From: an uncultured delta proteobacterium
Lineage (GTDB): Bacteria; Desulfobacterota; Binatia; Binatales; Binataceae
Reading direction: 5' to 3'
Assembly: GCA_963794325.1 (NCBI GenBank)
Contig: CAWCDG010000006.1
Coordinates: 83,179-147,178, forward strand
DNA length: 64,000 nt
The stretch's first letter is position 1, and the number at the start of each line of letters is the position of its first letter. The notes beneath the pieces are model-generated. The model did no database searches. It saw nothing but the letters and a program-made list of their open reading frames with translations, and had not been told where the DNA came from. This document shows, in pieces, positions 26,281 to 36,118 of this stretch. Made by a program: the position numbers and the translations under genes.

Positions 26281-27723
26281 GTGAACACCGAAAAGGTTTC
26301 TCAAGTGCGGGCGTTGCGCGAGCGGCTCGATCATCCTGTGATCGACGCCGACGGGCACCTCATCGAACCAGCTCCGCTGTTCAACGAATATCTTCAGAAG
26401 GTCGGCGGCGCCGATATGCTCGAGCGCTACAATCGTGAGCTTCGCGAGCATCCGACTGGTTCGCGCGGAAATCGGGACGCGGGCGATATGCGCGGTGCAT
26501 GGTGGGGCGTCGTCAACGACGCGTATGACCTCGCGACCGTCATGGCGCCGCGGCTTTTGTACAGCAGACTGAACGAGCTCGGGGTCGATTTTTCGATCTT
26601 GTATCCGACGCTCGGACTCGCGCTGCCGACGATTCATGACGGCGAAGTGCGGCGGATCGCTTGTCGCGCCTTGAATACGATGAACGCGGAAATTTGTGGA
26701 CAGTTCCGCGACCGGATCGCGTCGGCCGCGGCAATCCCGATGCACACGCCCGACGAAGCGATCGCCGAGCTCGAATACGCGTCGCGGCTTGGCCTGAAAG
26801 TCGCGATGGTCCCGCCGGGGGTGGCGCGTCCGATTCCCGAGCTCGAACGCGAACATCCGGATGCATTCCCCAACGCGGCGTATTTCGATTGTTATGGGCT
26901 GGATAGTTTCTTCGACTACGACCCGGTGTGGCGCAAATTTGTCGAGCTGAAAATCGCGGTCACTTCGCACGGCGGCGTCGGTCTGCGCTATCTGCCGCTC
27001 GGACGGCGATCGCCCACCAACTACATGTTCAATCATATCGGCGCGCATGCGTATCAGCAGGGCGAGCTGTGCCGATCGATCGTGATGGGCGGAGTGGCGA
27101 CGCGGTTTCCGGATTTGGCGTTCGGATTTCTGGAGTGCGGTGCGGGATGGGCCTGCGACCTGCTCCATTCGCTCGAAGAGCATTGGGAAAAGCGCAACGT
27201 GGCGGGCCTGGTGAATTACGATCCGGCGCGACTCGATCGCCCGCGACTGCATCAACTGCTCGCGGAATACGGCGGTCGGGGATTCATCGCGAAGAACTCG
27301 GCGCGCGCCGTGCGGGCATACGACGAAGGACTCGAGCGTCACGATCGCGCGGCGGATCGCGATGAATGGGCGCTGACTGGAGTGCGCGACGAGCACGACT
27401 TCGCGCGAATCTTCGGCAACTTCTATTTCGGCTGCGAGGCCGATGACTTGAGCGTCCATCGCGCGCTCGACGCTAGCGCCAATCCGATGCGGACGCGGCT
27501 TCAGCCGATCTTCTCGTCCGACATCGGGCACTGGGACGTGCCGGATATTTCGACTGTGCTGCTCGAAAGCCATAAGCTGGTGGACAAGGGACTCTTGAGC
27601 GATGCTGATTATCGCGACTTCGTTTTCACGTATCCGGCGCAGCTTCATCTGAAGGCCGACCCCGAATTCTTCGCAGGCACCGCAATCGAAGGGGCCGTCG
27701 CCAAGCTCAACGCCCAACGCTAG
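26281..27723 (+). CDS. Amidohydrolase_2 family protein
   Basis: IDADGH..EP, YPT.G, YDPVW, FLECG.GW and FSSDIGHWD. Confidence 0.9.
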   Translation: MNTEKVSQVRALRERLDHPVIDADGHLIEPAPLFNEYLQKVGGADMLERYNRELREHPTGSRGNRDAGDMRGAWWGVVNDAYDLATVMAPRLLYSRLNELGVDFSILYPTLGLALPTIHDGEVRRIACRALNTMNAEICGQFRDRIASAAAIPMHTPDEAIAELEYASRLGLKVAMVPPGVARPIPELEREHPDAFPNAAYFDCYGLDSFFDYDPVWRKFVELKIAVTSHGGVGLRYLPLGRRSPTNYMFNHIGAHAYQQGELCRSIVMGGVATRFPDLAFGFLECGAGWACDLLHSLEEHWEKRNVAGLVNYDPARLDRPRLHQLLAEYGGRGFIAKNSARAVRAYDEGLERHDRAADRDEWALTGVRDEHDFARIFGNFYFGCEADDLSVHRALDASANPMRTRLQPIFSSDIGHWDVPDISTVLLESHKLVDKGLLSDADYRDFVFTYPAQLHLKADPEFFAGTAIEGAVAKLNAQR

Positions 27724-27732
27724 AGGCGCTCG

Positions 27733-28512
27733 ATGCTTTCGATTGAACAAAAGCGCGATTGGGACGAGAAGGGGTTTTTCATCATCCGCGGCTTCGCGCC
27801 GATCGAGGACTGCCGCGCGATGCATGAGCGAGTTGTCGAGATTTGCCGTCTGAACGCAGCGGGGCAAAGCGTTGCGAATGTTTTCGTATTGCCCGAAAAG
27901 AAACCGAACCCGCTTGCGCGAAACCCCGAGGACAATGTCGGGAAGGTTTTCCGGCTCCATCGCGATCCGATTTTCAAAAAGCTCGCCGAGGATTCCGCGG
28001 TGGTCGGCATGGTGAGCGAATTGATCGGACCGGAACTCGACTGCTTCGTCAGCCAATTCATTTTCAAAAATCACGGCGCGCTGGGGCAGCCTTGGCATCA
28101 GGATTCGTATTACTTCGCGTTCAGCACGCGCCCGCAGGTCGGAGTCTGGTTGGCGGTCACCGAAGCGACGCTCGATAACGGATGCCTGCACGTGATGCCG
28201 GGATCTCACCTCGAACCGGTACACCAGCACGTGCCGGACCGGCGTCCGCATGCGCAATACGGCTACACGGAGATCGTCGATTACGACATGTCGAAGTCGG
28301 TGCCGGTCCTGATGCAAGCCGGCGACCTGCTGGTGTTTCACAGTCACCTGATGCATCGATCGACCGACAACATGTCCGGCAGCATTCGCGCCGCGATGGT
28401 GTGGCACTACACGAAGTCGGGGACGATCGATCAAACCAGGGAAAGGTTCGGACATCAAAACCCTTCGCACGATTTTATGAAGATCGAGCGGCGCCCCGCT
28501 GTTGAGGATTGA
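27733..28512 (+). CDS. Phytanoyl-CoA dioxygenase (PhyH) family Fe(II)/2OG oxygenase
   Basis: PWHQD, NGCL.V.PGSH and H.HRS..N.S..R. Confidence 0.92.
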   Translation: MLSIEQKRDWDEKGFFIIRGFAPIEDCRAMHERVVEICRLNAAGQSVANVFVLPEKKPNPLARNPEDNVGKVFRLHRDPIFKKLAEDSAVVGMVSELIGPELDCFVSQFIFKNHGALGQPWHQDSYYFAFSTRPQVGVWLAVTEATLDNGCLHVMPGSHLEPVHQHVPDRRPHAQYGYTEIVDYDMSKSVPVLMQAGDLLVFHSHLMHRSTDNMSGSIRAAMVWHYTKSGTIDQTRERFGHQNPSHDFMKIERRPAVED

Positions 28513-28515
28513 AGC

Positions 28516-30060
28516 ATGAATGGAGCTGAGAGCCTGATTCGGACCGCGATCGCGGCCGGTGTGGAAGTCTGTTTCGCAAATCCGGGCACGACCGAGATGC
28601 CGATTGTGGCGGCGCTCGACTCGGCCGACGGGCTGCGAGCGATTCTCGGATTGTTCGAAGGCGTTTGCACAGGAGCCGCCGACGGTTACGGACGGATGGC
28701 GGAGAAGCCGGCGTTGACGCTGCTGCATCTTGGGCCCGGCTTCGCCAACGGCATTGCGAATCTTCATAACGCGCGGCGCGCGCGATCGCCGATTGTGAAT
28801 CTGATCGGCGACCATGCGACATGGCACGTCGGCGCCGACGCACCACTGACGTCGGACATCCTTTCGCTGGCGAGGCCGGTTTCAGGATGGGTGCGCAGCG
28901 CCCGCAATGCGGCATCGCTTGCGGGTGAAACGGCGGAGGCGATCGCGGCGGCAGGCCGCGCACCGGGGCAAGTGGCAACGTTGATCATCCCATCGGATTG
29001 CCAGTGGGATCCGGCGGAACGCGAGGCCGGAGCAATCGAGCCGACCGCGCCGCTACAAGTGTCTTCGGAAGCGATCAAGCGTGCCGCCGAATCGACGCGC
29101 AAGGGCAAGAAAGTCGCACTCTTGCTGGGTGGCATGGCGCTTCGAGCGCGCGGACTGAAGGCGGCTGTGCGCATCGCCGCAAAATCCGGATGTCATCTGA
29201 TCTGCGAAACGTTCCCCGCTCGCCTGGAGCGCGGCGCCGGGATGCCGGTGCTCGACCGCTTGCCCTACTTTCCTGAACAGGCGATCGACATGCTGAAGGC
29301 GTTCGATACAATCGTCCTCGCGGGCGCAAAGAGGCCGGTCGCTTTCTTCGGCTATCCCAATTTCCCGAGCCAGTTGATCCCCGAAGGCCTTGATGTCGCG
29401 ATGCTGGCAGAGCCGACTGATGATGTCCCTGCCGCGCTGGAAGCACTCGCGAGCGAAATCGGCGCGCCGGTTTCAGTTGCGACCCCGTCGAAGATTGCAC
29501 GTCCCGAACGTCCTGTCGGAAAACTCAATGCGATGACCGCGGGCGCCGCGATTGCGGCATCGATGCCCGAGGGCGCGATCGTGATGGACGAGGCTGCCAC
29601 CACCGGGCTGCCATTCCTGGCCGCGTCGGCAGCGGCACCGCCGCATACCTATCTCTCGCTCACCGGCGGCGCGATCGGACAAGGACTGCCATGCGCGACT
29701 GGTGCGGCGGTCGCGTGTCCTGATCGGCGCGTGATCGCTTATCAAGCCGACGGCAGCGCGATGTACACGATCCAATCGCTGTGGACGCAGGCGCGAGAGT
29801 CGCTCAACGTCACGACGGTGCTGTGCAACAACCGCAGTTATCGAATTCTGCAGGTTGAACTCGCGCGCGCGGGCGTGACGGAGCCCGGCCGCAAGGCGCG
29901 ATCGCTCACAGAGCTTTCGAAACCTGATATCGAGTGGACGAACCTGGCGCGCGGACTCGGTGTGCCAAGCGTACGGGTCGAGACGGCGGAGGCGCTCACG
30001 CAAGAATTGGAACGATCGCTCGCGACAGTGGGGCCGGCGCTGATCGAGATGATTCTTTAG
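28516..30060 (+). CDS. Thiamine-diphosphate enzyme (acetolactate synthase large subunit-like)
   Basis: FANPGTTE, GAADGYGRM and ADGSAMY…NN (ThDP motif variant). Confidence 0.9.
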   Translation: MNGAESLIRTAIAAGVEVCFANPGTTEMPIVAALDSADGLRAILGLFEGVCTGAADGYGRMAEKPALTLLHLGPGFANGIANLHNARRARSPIVNLIGDHATWHVGADAPLTSDILSLARPVSGWVRSARNAASLAGETAEAIAAAGRAPGQVATLIIPSDCQWDPAEREAGAIEPTAPLQVSSEAIKRAAESTRKGKKVALLLGGMALRARGLKAAVRIAAKSGCHLICETFPARLERGAGMPVLDRLPYFPEQAIDMLKAFDTIVLAGAKRPVAFFGYPNFPSQLIPEGLDVAMLAEPTDDVPAALEALASEIGAPVSVATPSKIARPERPVGKLNAMTAGAAIAASMPEGAIVMDEAATTGLPFLAASAAAPPHTYLSLTGGAIGQGLPCATGAAVACPDRRVIAYQADGSAMYTIQSLWTQARESLNVTTVLCNNRSYRILQVELARAGVTEPGRKARSLTELSKPDIEWTNLARGLGVPSVRVETAEALTQELERSLATVGPALIEMIL

Positions 30061-30698
30061 AGTCGCGCCTTCTTCAGGCTGGCGTCCAACAGTTCGAGGG
30101 CCGTTCGCAGCTCTGCGATCGTTTCGATCAGGCTGTGATGCTCGATGCGAGTGCCGACACCGATGAAATGCATGCCTGCGGCTTCGGCGGCTTCGCGATC
30201 GATCCTACTGTCACCGACGTACACAGCGCGCGCAACATCGACCTTCGCGCGATCGAGGCATAGGCGCAGGATGTCGGGCGCAGGCTTGGGACGAACCTTG
30301 TCGAACGCACTGGCAACCGCGTCGAAAACGCTCTCGAGGCCCAGGTGCTCGACCAGCGCAGGCACCGTCGCCGAGCGATTGGTAGCGAGACCGAGCTTGT
30401 AGTGACGCTTGAGCTCCAGCATGAATGGGCGCAATTCGAGCGACGGACGCAGCATCTTGAAGAACGGGGTCTGATCCATGCTGCGCGTCACGTCATGCAT
30501 CGCGGCGAGCTTGGCCGCGTCGCCGCGCGCGCGGGCCGCGAACACTTCAGCGGCAGCGTATGAAATAGCGGAGATTTCCTCTTCGGGATCGAGCGGCGGC
30601 TCGCCAATCGCGGCGAAGATCCAGTTGTAATAGGCAACGTTCGATTCGGTGGAATCGAAGAGCACGCCGTCGGCGTCGAACATCACGAGTTCAATCAC
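30057..30698 (-). CDS. HAD-family hydrolase
   Basis: FDADGVLFDS, ATNR, KPAPD and YVGDS..D. Confidence 0.92.
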   Translation of the reverse strand: MIELVMFDADGVLFDSTESNVAYYNWIFAAIGEPPLDPEEEISAISYAAAEVFAARARGDAAKLAAMHDVTRSMDQTPFFKMLRPSLELRPFMLELKRHYKLGLATNRSATVPALVEHLGLESVFDAVASAFDKVRPKPAPDILRLCLDRAKVDVARAVYVGDSRIDREAAEAAGMHFIGVGTRIEHHSLIETIAELRTALELLDASLKKARL

Positions 30699-30716
30699 GT
30701 CGAATACAAACGATGA

Positions 30717-31217
30717 TCAGCGGGCGGCGCGTTTGCGATCGGCGCGATCGGCGCGGCGCGGATGGGCGGGCGCGGGACGGCGCGGAATCGCGACGACCTC
30801 GCGGGCGGTGAGATGGTCTCCGCAATGTGAGCAGACCATGTCCGCCACGGTCTTCGCGCCGCAGACGCGATGTATCAGCGTCATCGGCGGACCCGATTCG
30901 TCGCTGAGCCACGTGTCGCCCCATCGCATCATCGCGATCAGCACGGGATAGAGCTCGAGTCCCTTGCGGGTCAACCGATATTCGATGCGACCGCTGTCGC
31001 CTTCGCTGCGGGCGCGATCGAGGATTCCGTCGCGGACCAGGTCGCGCAGCCTCGAGCTCAGGATGTTGCGTGCGATTCCGGTGCCATTCTGAAACTCGTC
31101 GAAGCGATGGCGTCCGAGAAACGCCTCGCGCAGGATCAGCATCGTCCAGCGCTCGCCGATTACCGACAGCGTTCGCGCCACGGAGCAATTCATATCCTTG
31201 ACCGAATCCCATCGCAT
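30717..31217 (-). CDS. HxlR-family winged-helix transcriptional regulator
   Basis: CSVARTL..IGERWT.LILRE…RFDEF…EYRLT.KG; C-terminal H..C…C..C. Confidence 0.92.
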   Translation of the reverse strand: MRWDSVKDMNCSVARTLSVIGERWTMLILREAFLGRHRFDEFQNGTGIARNILSSRLRDLVRDGILDRARSEGDSGRIEYRLTRKGLELYPVLIAMMRWGDTWLSDESGPPMTLIHRVCGAKTVADMVCSHCGDHLTAREVVAIPRRPAPAHPRRADRADRKRAAR

Positions 31218-31297
31218 CGGCGCCTGTCACTCTCCTCCCCGAAACGAAATTTTCGCGAGCCGCCAGGTTCCCCAACTCAGCGGCGCGAGAGAAATAT

Positions 31298-31314
31298 CGT
31301 TGCACTTTGAAACT
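31298..31314. promoter_or_regulatory. Candidate operator AGTTGCA-N3-TGMAACT, upstream of the HxlR gene
   Basis: cgttgcactttgaaact; matches 31861 and 33600/33618. Confidence 0.55.
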
Positions 31315-31335
31315 TGGTTTACCAGCGGGTGTGAG

Positions 31336-31383
31336 AACCTGACCCTAAGCCCTTTTTCGGGTCCTCGAAGGAAGGGAAACCGG
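31336..31383 (+). repeat. Degenerate family B repeat
   Basis: aacctgaccctaagccct…ggaagggaaaccgg. Confidence 0.55.
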
Positions 31384-31495
31384 GTGCAGAAAGGTGTTCC
31401 CGAGTTTGAACGGAACCGGATGGAGAGAAAGTCTTCCCGAGCAGGAAGGGCGGTCCGCCTTCTGCTTTGTCGAGCAGACTGCTAAACAAACGCGG

Positions 31496-31780
31496 ATGAG
31501 ACTTCGTCGCGTTGCCGCGGTCACGCTTGTGGGTTGGTGCCTGATAATGCCGCCGCTTACTCAAGACCGCCAACAGGTAGATAGTAAGGCTCCGCTTTCA
31601 CGGTGGGATACGGTCGGGACCTATCTGACCGCCACCGGGTGCCGGTCCGAGCTTGCCAAGCTGACGACGCTCCTCGCGGGCAATATCAACCTCTCTGTGA
31701 TCCAAAGGCGTGCGCTGGCGGGGAGGTGCATGGCGGCCGATGATCCGCGCCTCCATGCGGACAATTTCGAGGTGTATTAA
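31496..31780 (+). CDS. Small secreted protein (W.L..PP … C … C...DDPRL pattern)
   Basis: Short signal-like N-terminus; GWCLIMPP, APLSRW and paired Cys. Confidence 0.7.
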   Translation: MRLRRVAAVTLVGWCLIMPPLTQDRQQVDSKAPLSRWDTVGTYLTATGCRSELAKLTTLLAGNINLSVIQRRALAGRCMAADDPRLHADNFEVY

Positions 31781-31860
31781 GCGCGCGCGCCGTTCGAGGA
31801 CTCGATCCTGAAACTTCGGAATTCCGGTTGCGATTCAGTATGACGGCTGATAGCTGTATC

Positions 31861-31877
31861 AGTTGCAAATTGAAACT
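31861..31877. promoter_or_regulatory. Candidate operator upstream of the DsbA-family gene
   Basis: agttgcaaattgaaact, near-palindromic. Confidence 0.6.
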
Positions 31878-31895
31878 TAGATCGGGAGGTGTGCG

Positions 31896-32477
31896 ATGGC
31901 CACGCAGATCGAGTTTTTTTATGACTACCTCAGTCCGTTCAGCTATCTCGCGGACACGCAACTGCCGGCGATTGCGCGGCGCACTGGCGCGGAGATCGTT
32001 TATCGGCCGATTTTGCTCGGTGCGATCATGAAGGCCACCGGGAACTCGGGGCCGATTCCGATTCAGGGCAAGGCGGGGTACAACGTTGCGGATTTTCAAC
32101 GATGGGCGAGACGCTACGGCGTCGCAGCCCAATTCAGTCCGCATTTTCCATTCAACACGATTCGGGTGCTGCGCGCCGCGGTCGCTGCGCAACGTCATGG
32201 CCGATTTGCGGAGTTTCACGCGGGGGCATTTCGCGCGATTTGGGAACATGGCGAGAATCTCAGCAAGGAGGATGCGTTGCTGCGGCTGCTGAGTGAGGTG
32301 GGAATCGATCCGGCGGCAATTGATGGGGATGAGATCAAGAATCAGCTGCGGGCGAACGCGGAAGAGGCGGTCAGGCGCGGTGCGTTCGGGGCGCCGACGT
32401 TTTTTGTCGGTGGTGAGATGTTCTGGGGGAATGACCGGCTGGAGTTCGTAGAGGAGGCGCTCATGCGCGCTGAGTGA
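31896..32477 (+). CDS. 2-hydroxychromene-2-carboxylate isomerase / DsbA (kappa-GST) family
   Basis: FFYDYLSPFSYL and GAFGAPTF…FWGNDRL. Confidence 0.92.
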   Translation: MATQIEFFYDYLSPFSYLADTQLPAIARRTGAEIVYRPILLGAIMKATGNSGPIPIQGKAGYNVADFQRWARRYGVAAQFSPHFPFNTIRVLRAAVAAQRHGRFAEFHAGAFRAIWEHGENLSKEDALLRLLSEVGIDPAAIDGDEIKNQLRANAEEAVRRGAFGAPTFFVGGEMFWGNDRLEFVEEALMRAE

Positions 32478-32481
32478 CACG

Positions 32482-32524
32482 GAACCTAACCCCTAACCCC
32501 TTCCCTCGAGGGAAGGGGAACCGG
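32482..32524 (+). repeat. Family B repeat
   Basis: gaacctaacccctaaccccttccctcgagggaaggggaaccgg. Confidence 0.93.
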
Positions 32525-32587
32525 ACGCGCGTTATAATCAAAGCTCTCCGTTACTAGGAGGGGAACAGACTGTGCGAGGTGGTTCAT

Positions 32588-33562
32588 ATGAAAGCAATTG
32601 TAATCGACAAGATTGGCGGGCCTGAGGTGATGAAGATTGCCGAGGTTCCGAAGCCTGAGGTGAAACCTGGAACGGTCCTGATCAAGGTGCGCGCCGCGGG
32701 GATCAATTATGCCGACACGCTGTTCCGGCAGGGACAGTACGTGATGCAGCCTCAGTTTCCGGATACACCGGGGCTCGAGGCCGCGGGCGAGATCGAGGCG
32801 GTTGGATCAGGCGTGGCGAATTTCAGGCCGGGTCAGCGCGTCGCCGCGCTCGGCAGCAAGATGTACGCCGAATATGCGCTGGCGCCGGCGACGCAGGTGA
32901 TTCCAATTCCGGACTCGCTCAGCTTTGAGAATGCGGCGGCGATTCCGGTGCAGGTGCTAACAGCGTGGCACCTGCTGCACACGGCGCATCAAACCAGGCC
33001 CGGACAGACGGTGCTGGTGCATTCGGCGGCAGGCGGCGTCGGAATCGTCGCGGTGCAAATCGCGAAGGCAGCGGGCGCGCGCGTGATTGGAACTGTATCG
33101 AGCGACAGCAAAGCTGCGCTGGCGAAAGAGTATGGCGCGGACGACGTGATCAACTATGCCACTGGTGATGGTGATTTTGCGGTCGAGGCGAACCGTATCA
33201 CGGGCGGACGCGGCGTCGATCTGATCCTGGATGCAGTCGGCGCGACTACGATGGACAAAGGGTTCACCTGCCTCGCGCCGTTCGGGCATCTGATTCTGTA
33301 CGGACGATCGGGCGGGGCACCCGAGCCGATCAACCCGTTCAGGCTGTTCGATAAGTCGGTCAAGGTCAGCGGTTTCACGCTGTACACTGTGGCTGCGGTG
33401 CCCGACGTGATGCGAAGTGGAATCGAGGAGTCGTTCAGGTTGATCGCGCAGGGCAAGGTCAAGTTGCTGGTGGGCAAATCGTTCCCGCTGGCGCAGGCGG
33501 CGGAGGCGCACAAGTTTATGGAATCGCGGCAATCGACGGGAAAGCTGGTGCTGATTCCGTGA
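32588..33562 (+). CDS. NADPH:quinone oxidoreductase (MDR family)
   Basis: GINYAD, PGLEAAG, HSAAGGVG and STGKLVL. Confidence 0.92.
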   Translation: MKAIVIDKIGGPEVMKIAEVPKPEVKPGTVLIKVRAAGINYADTLFRQGQYVMQPQFPDTPGLEAAGEIEAVGSGVANFRPGQRVAALGSKMYAEYALAPATQVIPIPDSLSFENAAAIPVQVLTAWHLLHTAHQTRPGQTVLVHSAAGGVGIVAVQIAKAAGARVIGTVSSDSKAALAKEYGADDVINYATGDGDFAVEANRITGGRGVDLILDAVGATTMDKGFTCLAPFGHLILYGRSGGAPEPINPFRLFDKSVKVSGFTLYTVAAVPDVMRSGIEESFRLIAQGKVKLLVGKSFPLAQAAEAHKFMESRQSTGKLVLIP

Positions 33563-33599
33563 ACCTCAGGGAGCAAGAGCCGCAATAGGATTTCGCTTC

Positions 33600-33634
33600 A
33601 GTGGCAATTTGCAACTTCGTGGCAAATTGCAACT
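33600..33634. promoter_or_regulatory. Tandem near-palindromic boxes (operator and/or terminator hairpin)
   Basis: agtggcaatttgcaact-t-cgtggcaaattgcaact followed by a T-rich tract. Confidence 0.5.
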
Positions 33635-33841
33635 GCTTTTATTTTGTTGATGCCGAGGCGCAGAGCCCCTTCCGTTTCGGCGTAAACTTCAGGACTTCGT
33701 TGCGGTTTAATTCGATCGATCTTGATCGAATCTCGCGATCCCTGCCGGATAACGCGAACGCGCCTGCATAGTGCGAATAATTTTTGGCATGGCCATCAGA
33801 GTTTTCCTCGCGCCACATAAGAATATTTTTCGCGCGGCGCG

Positions 33842-33858
33842 ATGGCACTACCGTTGCT
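33842..33858 (+). promoter_or_regulatory. Sigma-54 promoter upstream of the DUF1329 gene
   Basis: ATGGCACTACCGTTGCT matches TGGCAC-N5-TTGC, about 30 bp before the ATG. Confidence 0.8.
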
Positions 33859-33890
33859 TGCTCTTCCCCATTTCCGCCGAGGAGGAGCTC

Positions 33891-35213
33891 ATGGAACATT
33901 TGAGTAAGGATGTTCGTAGGAGTCGCGAGTTGCCCGCATCGGCCCGCATGGCGCTCGCCGTGCTGGGAGCGTTGATGGTAATCGCGATCGCTGCGGCTGC
34001 GCGCGCCGAAGTCAAGCCGGGCGATGTGATCACACCGATCAACGCGTCGAAGGTTAAGGACCTCGTCTCGCCGGGCGTCTACTACAAAGTCGAGAATGGG
34101 ATGTCGATGAAGATTGTCCCGAGCGGACAGGTGGACTGGCCGCCTCCTTACAAGGACGCGACCGAAAAGTACTCGGCGCAGGTGCGGCTTAGCCGCGACA
34201 ATCGCAGCCTCGTCGGCTACGTCGCGGGACAACCGTTCCCGCTGATTGATACCAACGACCCGCAGGTGGCCTCCAAGATCATGTGGAACAACGTGTTCCG
34301 GCCGCTGCTAACTGACGATTATGACCTGCGGTTTTACGATTGCGAGAGTGTTTACGGCGGACGCAACAAGCCCAACAACGTGATCCAGTACTATCAGATC
34401 GGGCATTACGCCGGTTACGATCTGGTCGGGCGCGTCGAGGTCGAGCCGATGCCGGTCGATCCTGATTTCAAGAAAACCAACCGGCTGTGGCTGTTCGGCC
34501 TCTACCCGGTGCTATCACCCCAGGCGGAACGCGGCGAGGGATTCATCCGCTTTCGGTATGAACAACCCGACCGCGGCGACGACGATTGGAGTTGGAATCC
34601 GGGAACGCGGCGGGTTCGCCGCCTCAACGAAGCGCTGCAGAGCACGGCGACCGGCACGCAAACCTGGAACCCGGACCATTACTCGGGCTTCAACGCCAAG
34701 ACTGAGGAATACAATTACAAGTTTCTCGGCGATCGCCCGATGCTCGGGGTCGCGCACGCGGAGCACTCGCCGGAATTGAAGTGCTCGACTGACGGCGGCG
34801 CCAGCGCGTGTCCCGAGGCGTGGGAGATGCGCAATATGTACATCGTCGAGGCGTCGCCGCGCCGCGAGCTGATTTCGCAAGCGCTGCAGGGCAAGACCAT
34901 CATTTATATGGATTCGGAAATGTGGTTCGAGCCGTACATCGACGAATACGATCAGAAAGGCCAGCTCTGGCTGAATCATATCTGGTGGACGACGTATCGC
35001 GATCGTCCGGTGCCCGACGCGCGCGTGGCGATCTATCCGTTCAAGCGCGAGTTCGAAGTCGGGGCGGTCTCGACCGACGTGCAGAGCGGCTTCGCGACGA
35101 TGTGCTATCTGCCCGGGTTGCAAACTCCGGAACGCGAGTGCTGGTACATCAACATGGGCGCAGTGGACAAGAACTTTTTCACGACCGACGCGATGGTCAA
35201 GGCTGCGCCGTAG
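33891..35213 (+). CDS. DUF1329-family exported protein
   Basis: GGAGGAG RBS; PGDVIT..N, G.PFP…KIMWN, W…PGTRRVRRL and YD.KGQLW. Confidence 0.85.
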   Translation: MEHLSKDVRRSRELPASARMALAVLGALMVIAIAAAARAEVKPGDVITPINASKVKDLVSPGVYYKVENGMSMKIVPSGQVDWPPPYKDATEKYSAQVRLSRDNRSLVGYVAGQPFPLIDTNDPQVASKIMWNNVFRPLLTDDYDLRFYDCESVYGGRNKPNNVIQYYQIGHYAGYDLVGRVEVEPMPVDPDFKKTNRLWLFGLYPVLSPQAERGEGFIRFRYEQPDRGDDDWSWNPGTRRVRRLNEALQSTATGTQTWNPDHYSGFNAKTEEYNYKFLGDRPMLGVAHAEHSPELKCSTDGGASACPEAWEMRNMYIVEASPRRELISQALQGKTIIYMDSEMWFEPYIDEYDQKGQLWLNHIWWTTYRDRPVPDARVAIYPFKREFEVGAVSTDVQSGFATMCYLPGLQTPERECWYINMGAVDKNFFTTDAMVKAAP

Positions 35214-35231
35214 CATTAACCTGATCCGATG

Positions 35232-35261
35232 ATGGGGCGGGCCTCGCGCCCGCCCCATTTC
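35232..35261 (+). terminator. Intrinsic terminator
   Basis: atggggcgggc-ctcgc-gcccgccccat-tt. Confidence 0.7.
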
Positions 35262-35311
35262 GAAAACTTCCACTATCGCGCCGACGCTGTTCGCGAGCGC
35301 AGGAGGAACGC

Positions 35312-36034
35312 ATGGCGGAATCAAGTCGTCGTCCCGTTTGTGTGGTAATCGGCGTCGGGCCCGGTCTCGGCGCTGCTCTCGCGCGAAGGTTCGCCGCTGA
35401 GTACGCGGTCGCGCTGGTCGCGCGGGGCGAGGATAAACTGGCCTCGCTCGCGAAGGAGATCGAGAATGCCGGCGGCAAGGCGCTCGCGGTCCCGGCGGAT
35501 GTGTCGAAGGCCGCAGATATAACGGCGGCGTTCGAAAACATTCGGCGCGAGCTCGGCGAGGTCGATGCGCTGCTGTACAACGCCGCGATGCGGCCGTTCG
35601 GCAAATTGATGGACACCAAGCCGAGCACGTTCGAGAACACCTGGCGGGTGACTACATTCGGCGCTTTCATTGCCGCGCAGGAGGTGGTCCCGGCGATGCT
35701 GAAACGGGGTAGCGGTGTGATCATCTTCACCGGCGCGACCGCGGGAATTAAACCGTTTGCGACTTCCGCGGCATTTGGACCGGCAAAGTTCGCGATGCGC
35801 GGGCTGGCGCAGGTGATGGCTCGGGACTTGCAGCCGCAGGGAATCCACGTCGCGTACGTCAACGTGGACGGCGCTATCGACATGCCGGCGATTCGCGAGC
35901 GCTTTCCGCAGATCACCGAAGACGCGATGCTCAAGCCGTCGGCGATTGCAGAAACCTACTGGCATCTTGCGCATCAGGACCGCAGTGCGTGGTCGCACGA
36001 CGTGGACGTCCGTCCGTTCAAGGAGAAGTGGTAG
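35312..36034 (+). CDS. Short-chain dehydrogenase/reductase (atypical, F replaces the catalytic Y)
   Basis: GVGPGLG, YNA, FTGATA and FGPAK. Confidence 0.9.
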   Translation: MAESSRRPVCVVIGVGPGLGAALARRFAAEYAVALVARGEDKLASLAKEIENAGGKALAVPADVSKAADITAAFENIRRELGEVDALLYNAAMRPFGKLMDTKPSTFENTWRVTTFGAFIAAQEVVPAMLKRGSGVIIFTGATAGIKPFATSAAFGPAKFAMRGLAQVMARDLQPQGIHVAYVNVDGAIDMPAIRERFPQITEDAMLKPSAIAETYWHLAHQDRSAWSHDVDVRPFKEKW

Positions 36035-36072
36035 GGAGCGCGGCTCCGCTGCCTCTTGACTCGCCAGCCTAA

Positions 36073-36112
36073 TTAACTAGACAGTTAATAGCAGTATTAA
36101 CTGTTCGGTTAA
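36073..36112. promoter_or_regulatory. Tandem TetR-type operators TTAAC-N6-GTTAA
   Basis: ttaactagacagttaa (36073-88) and ttaactgttcggttaa (36097-112), directly upstream of the TetR gene. Confidence 0.75.
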
Positions 36113-36118
36113 CGATTG

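Noticed and set aside
26179-28827. 882-aa minus-strand ORF
   Set aside because: Antisense shadow of three well-supported genes; no motifs; expected in high-GC DNA.
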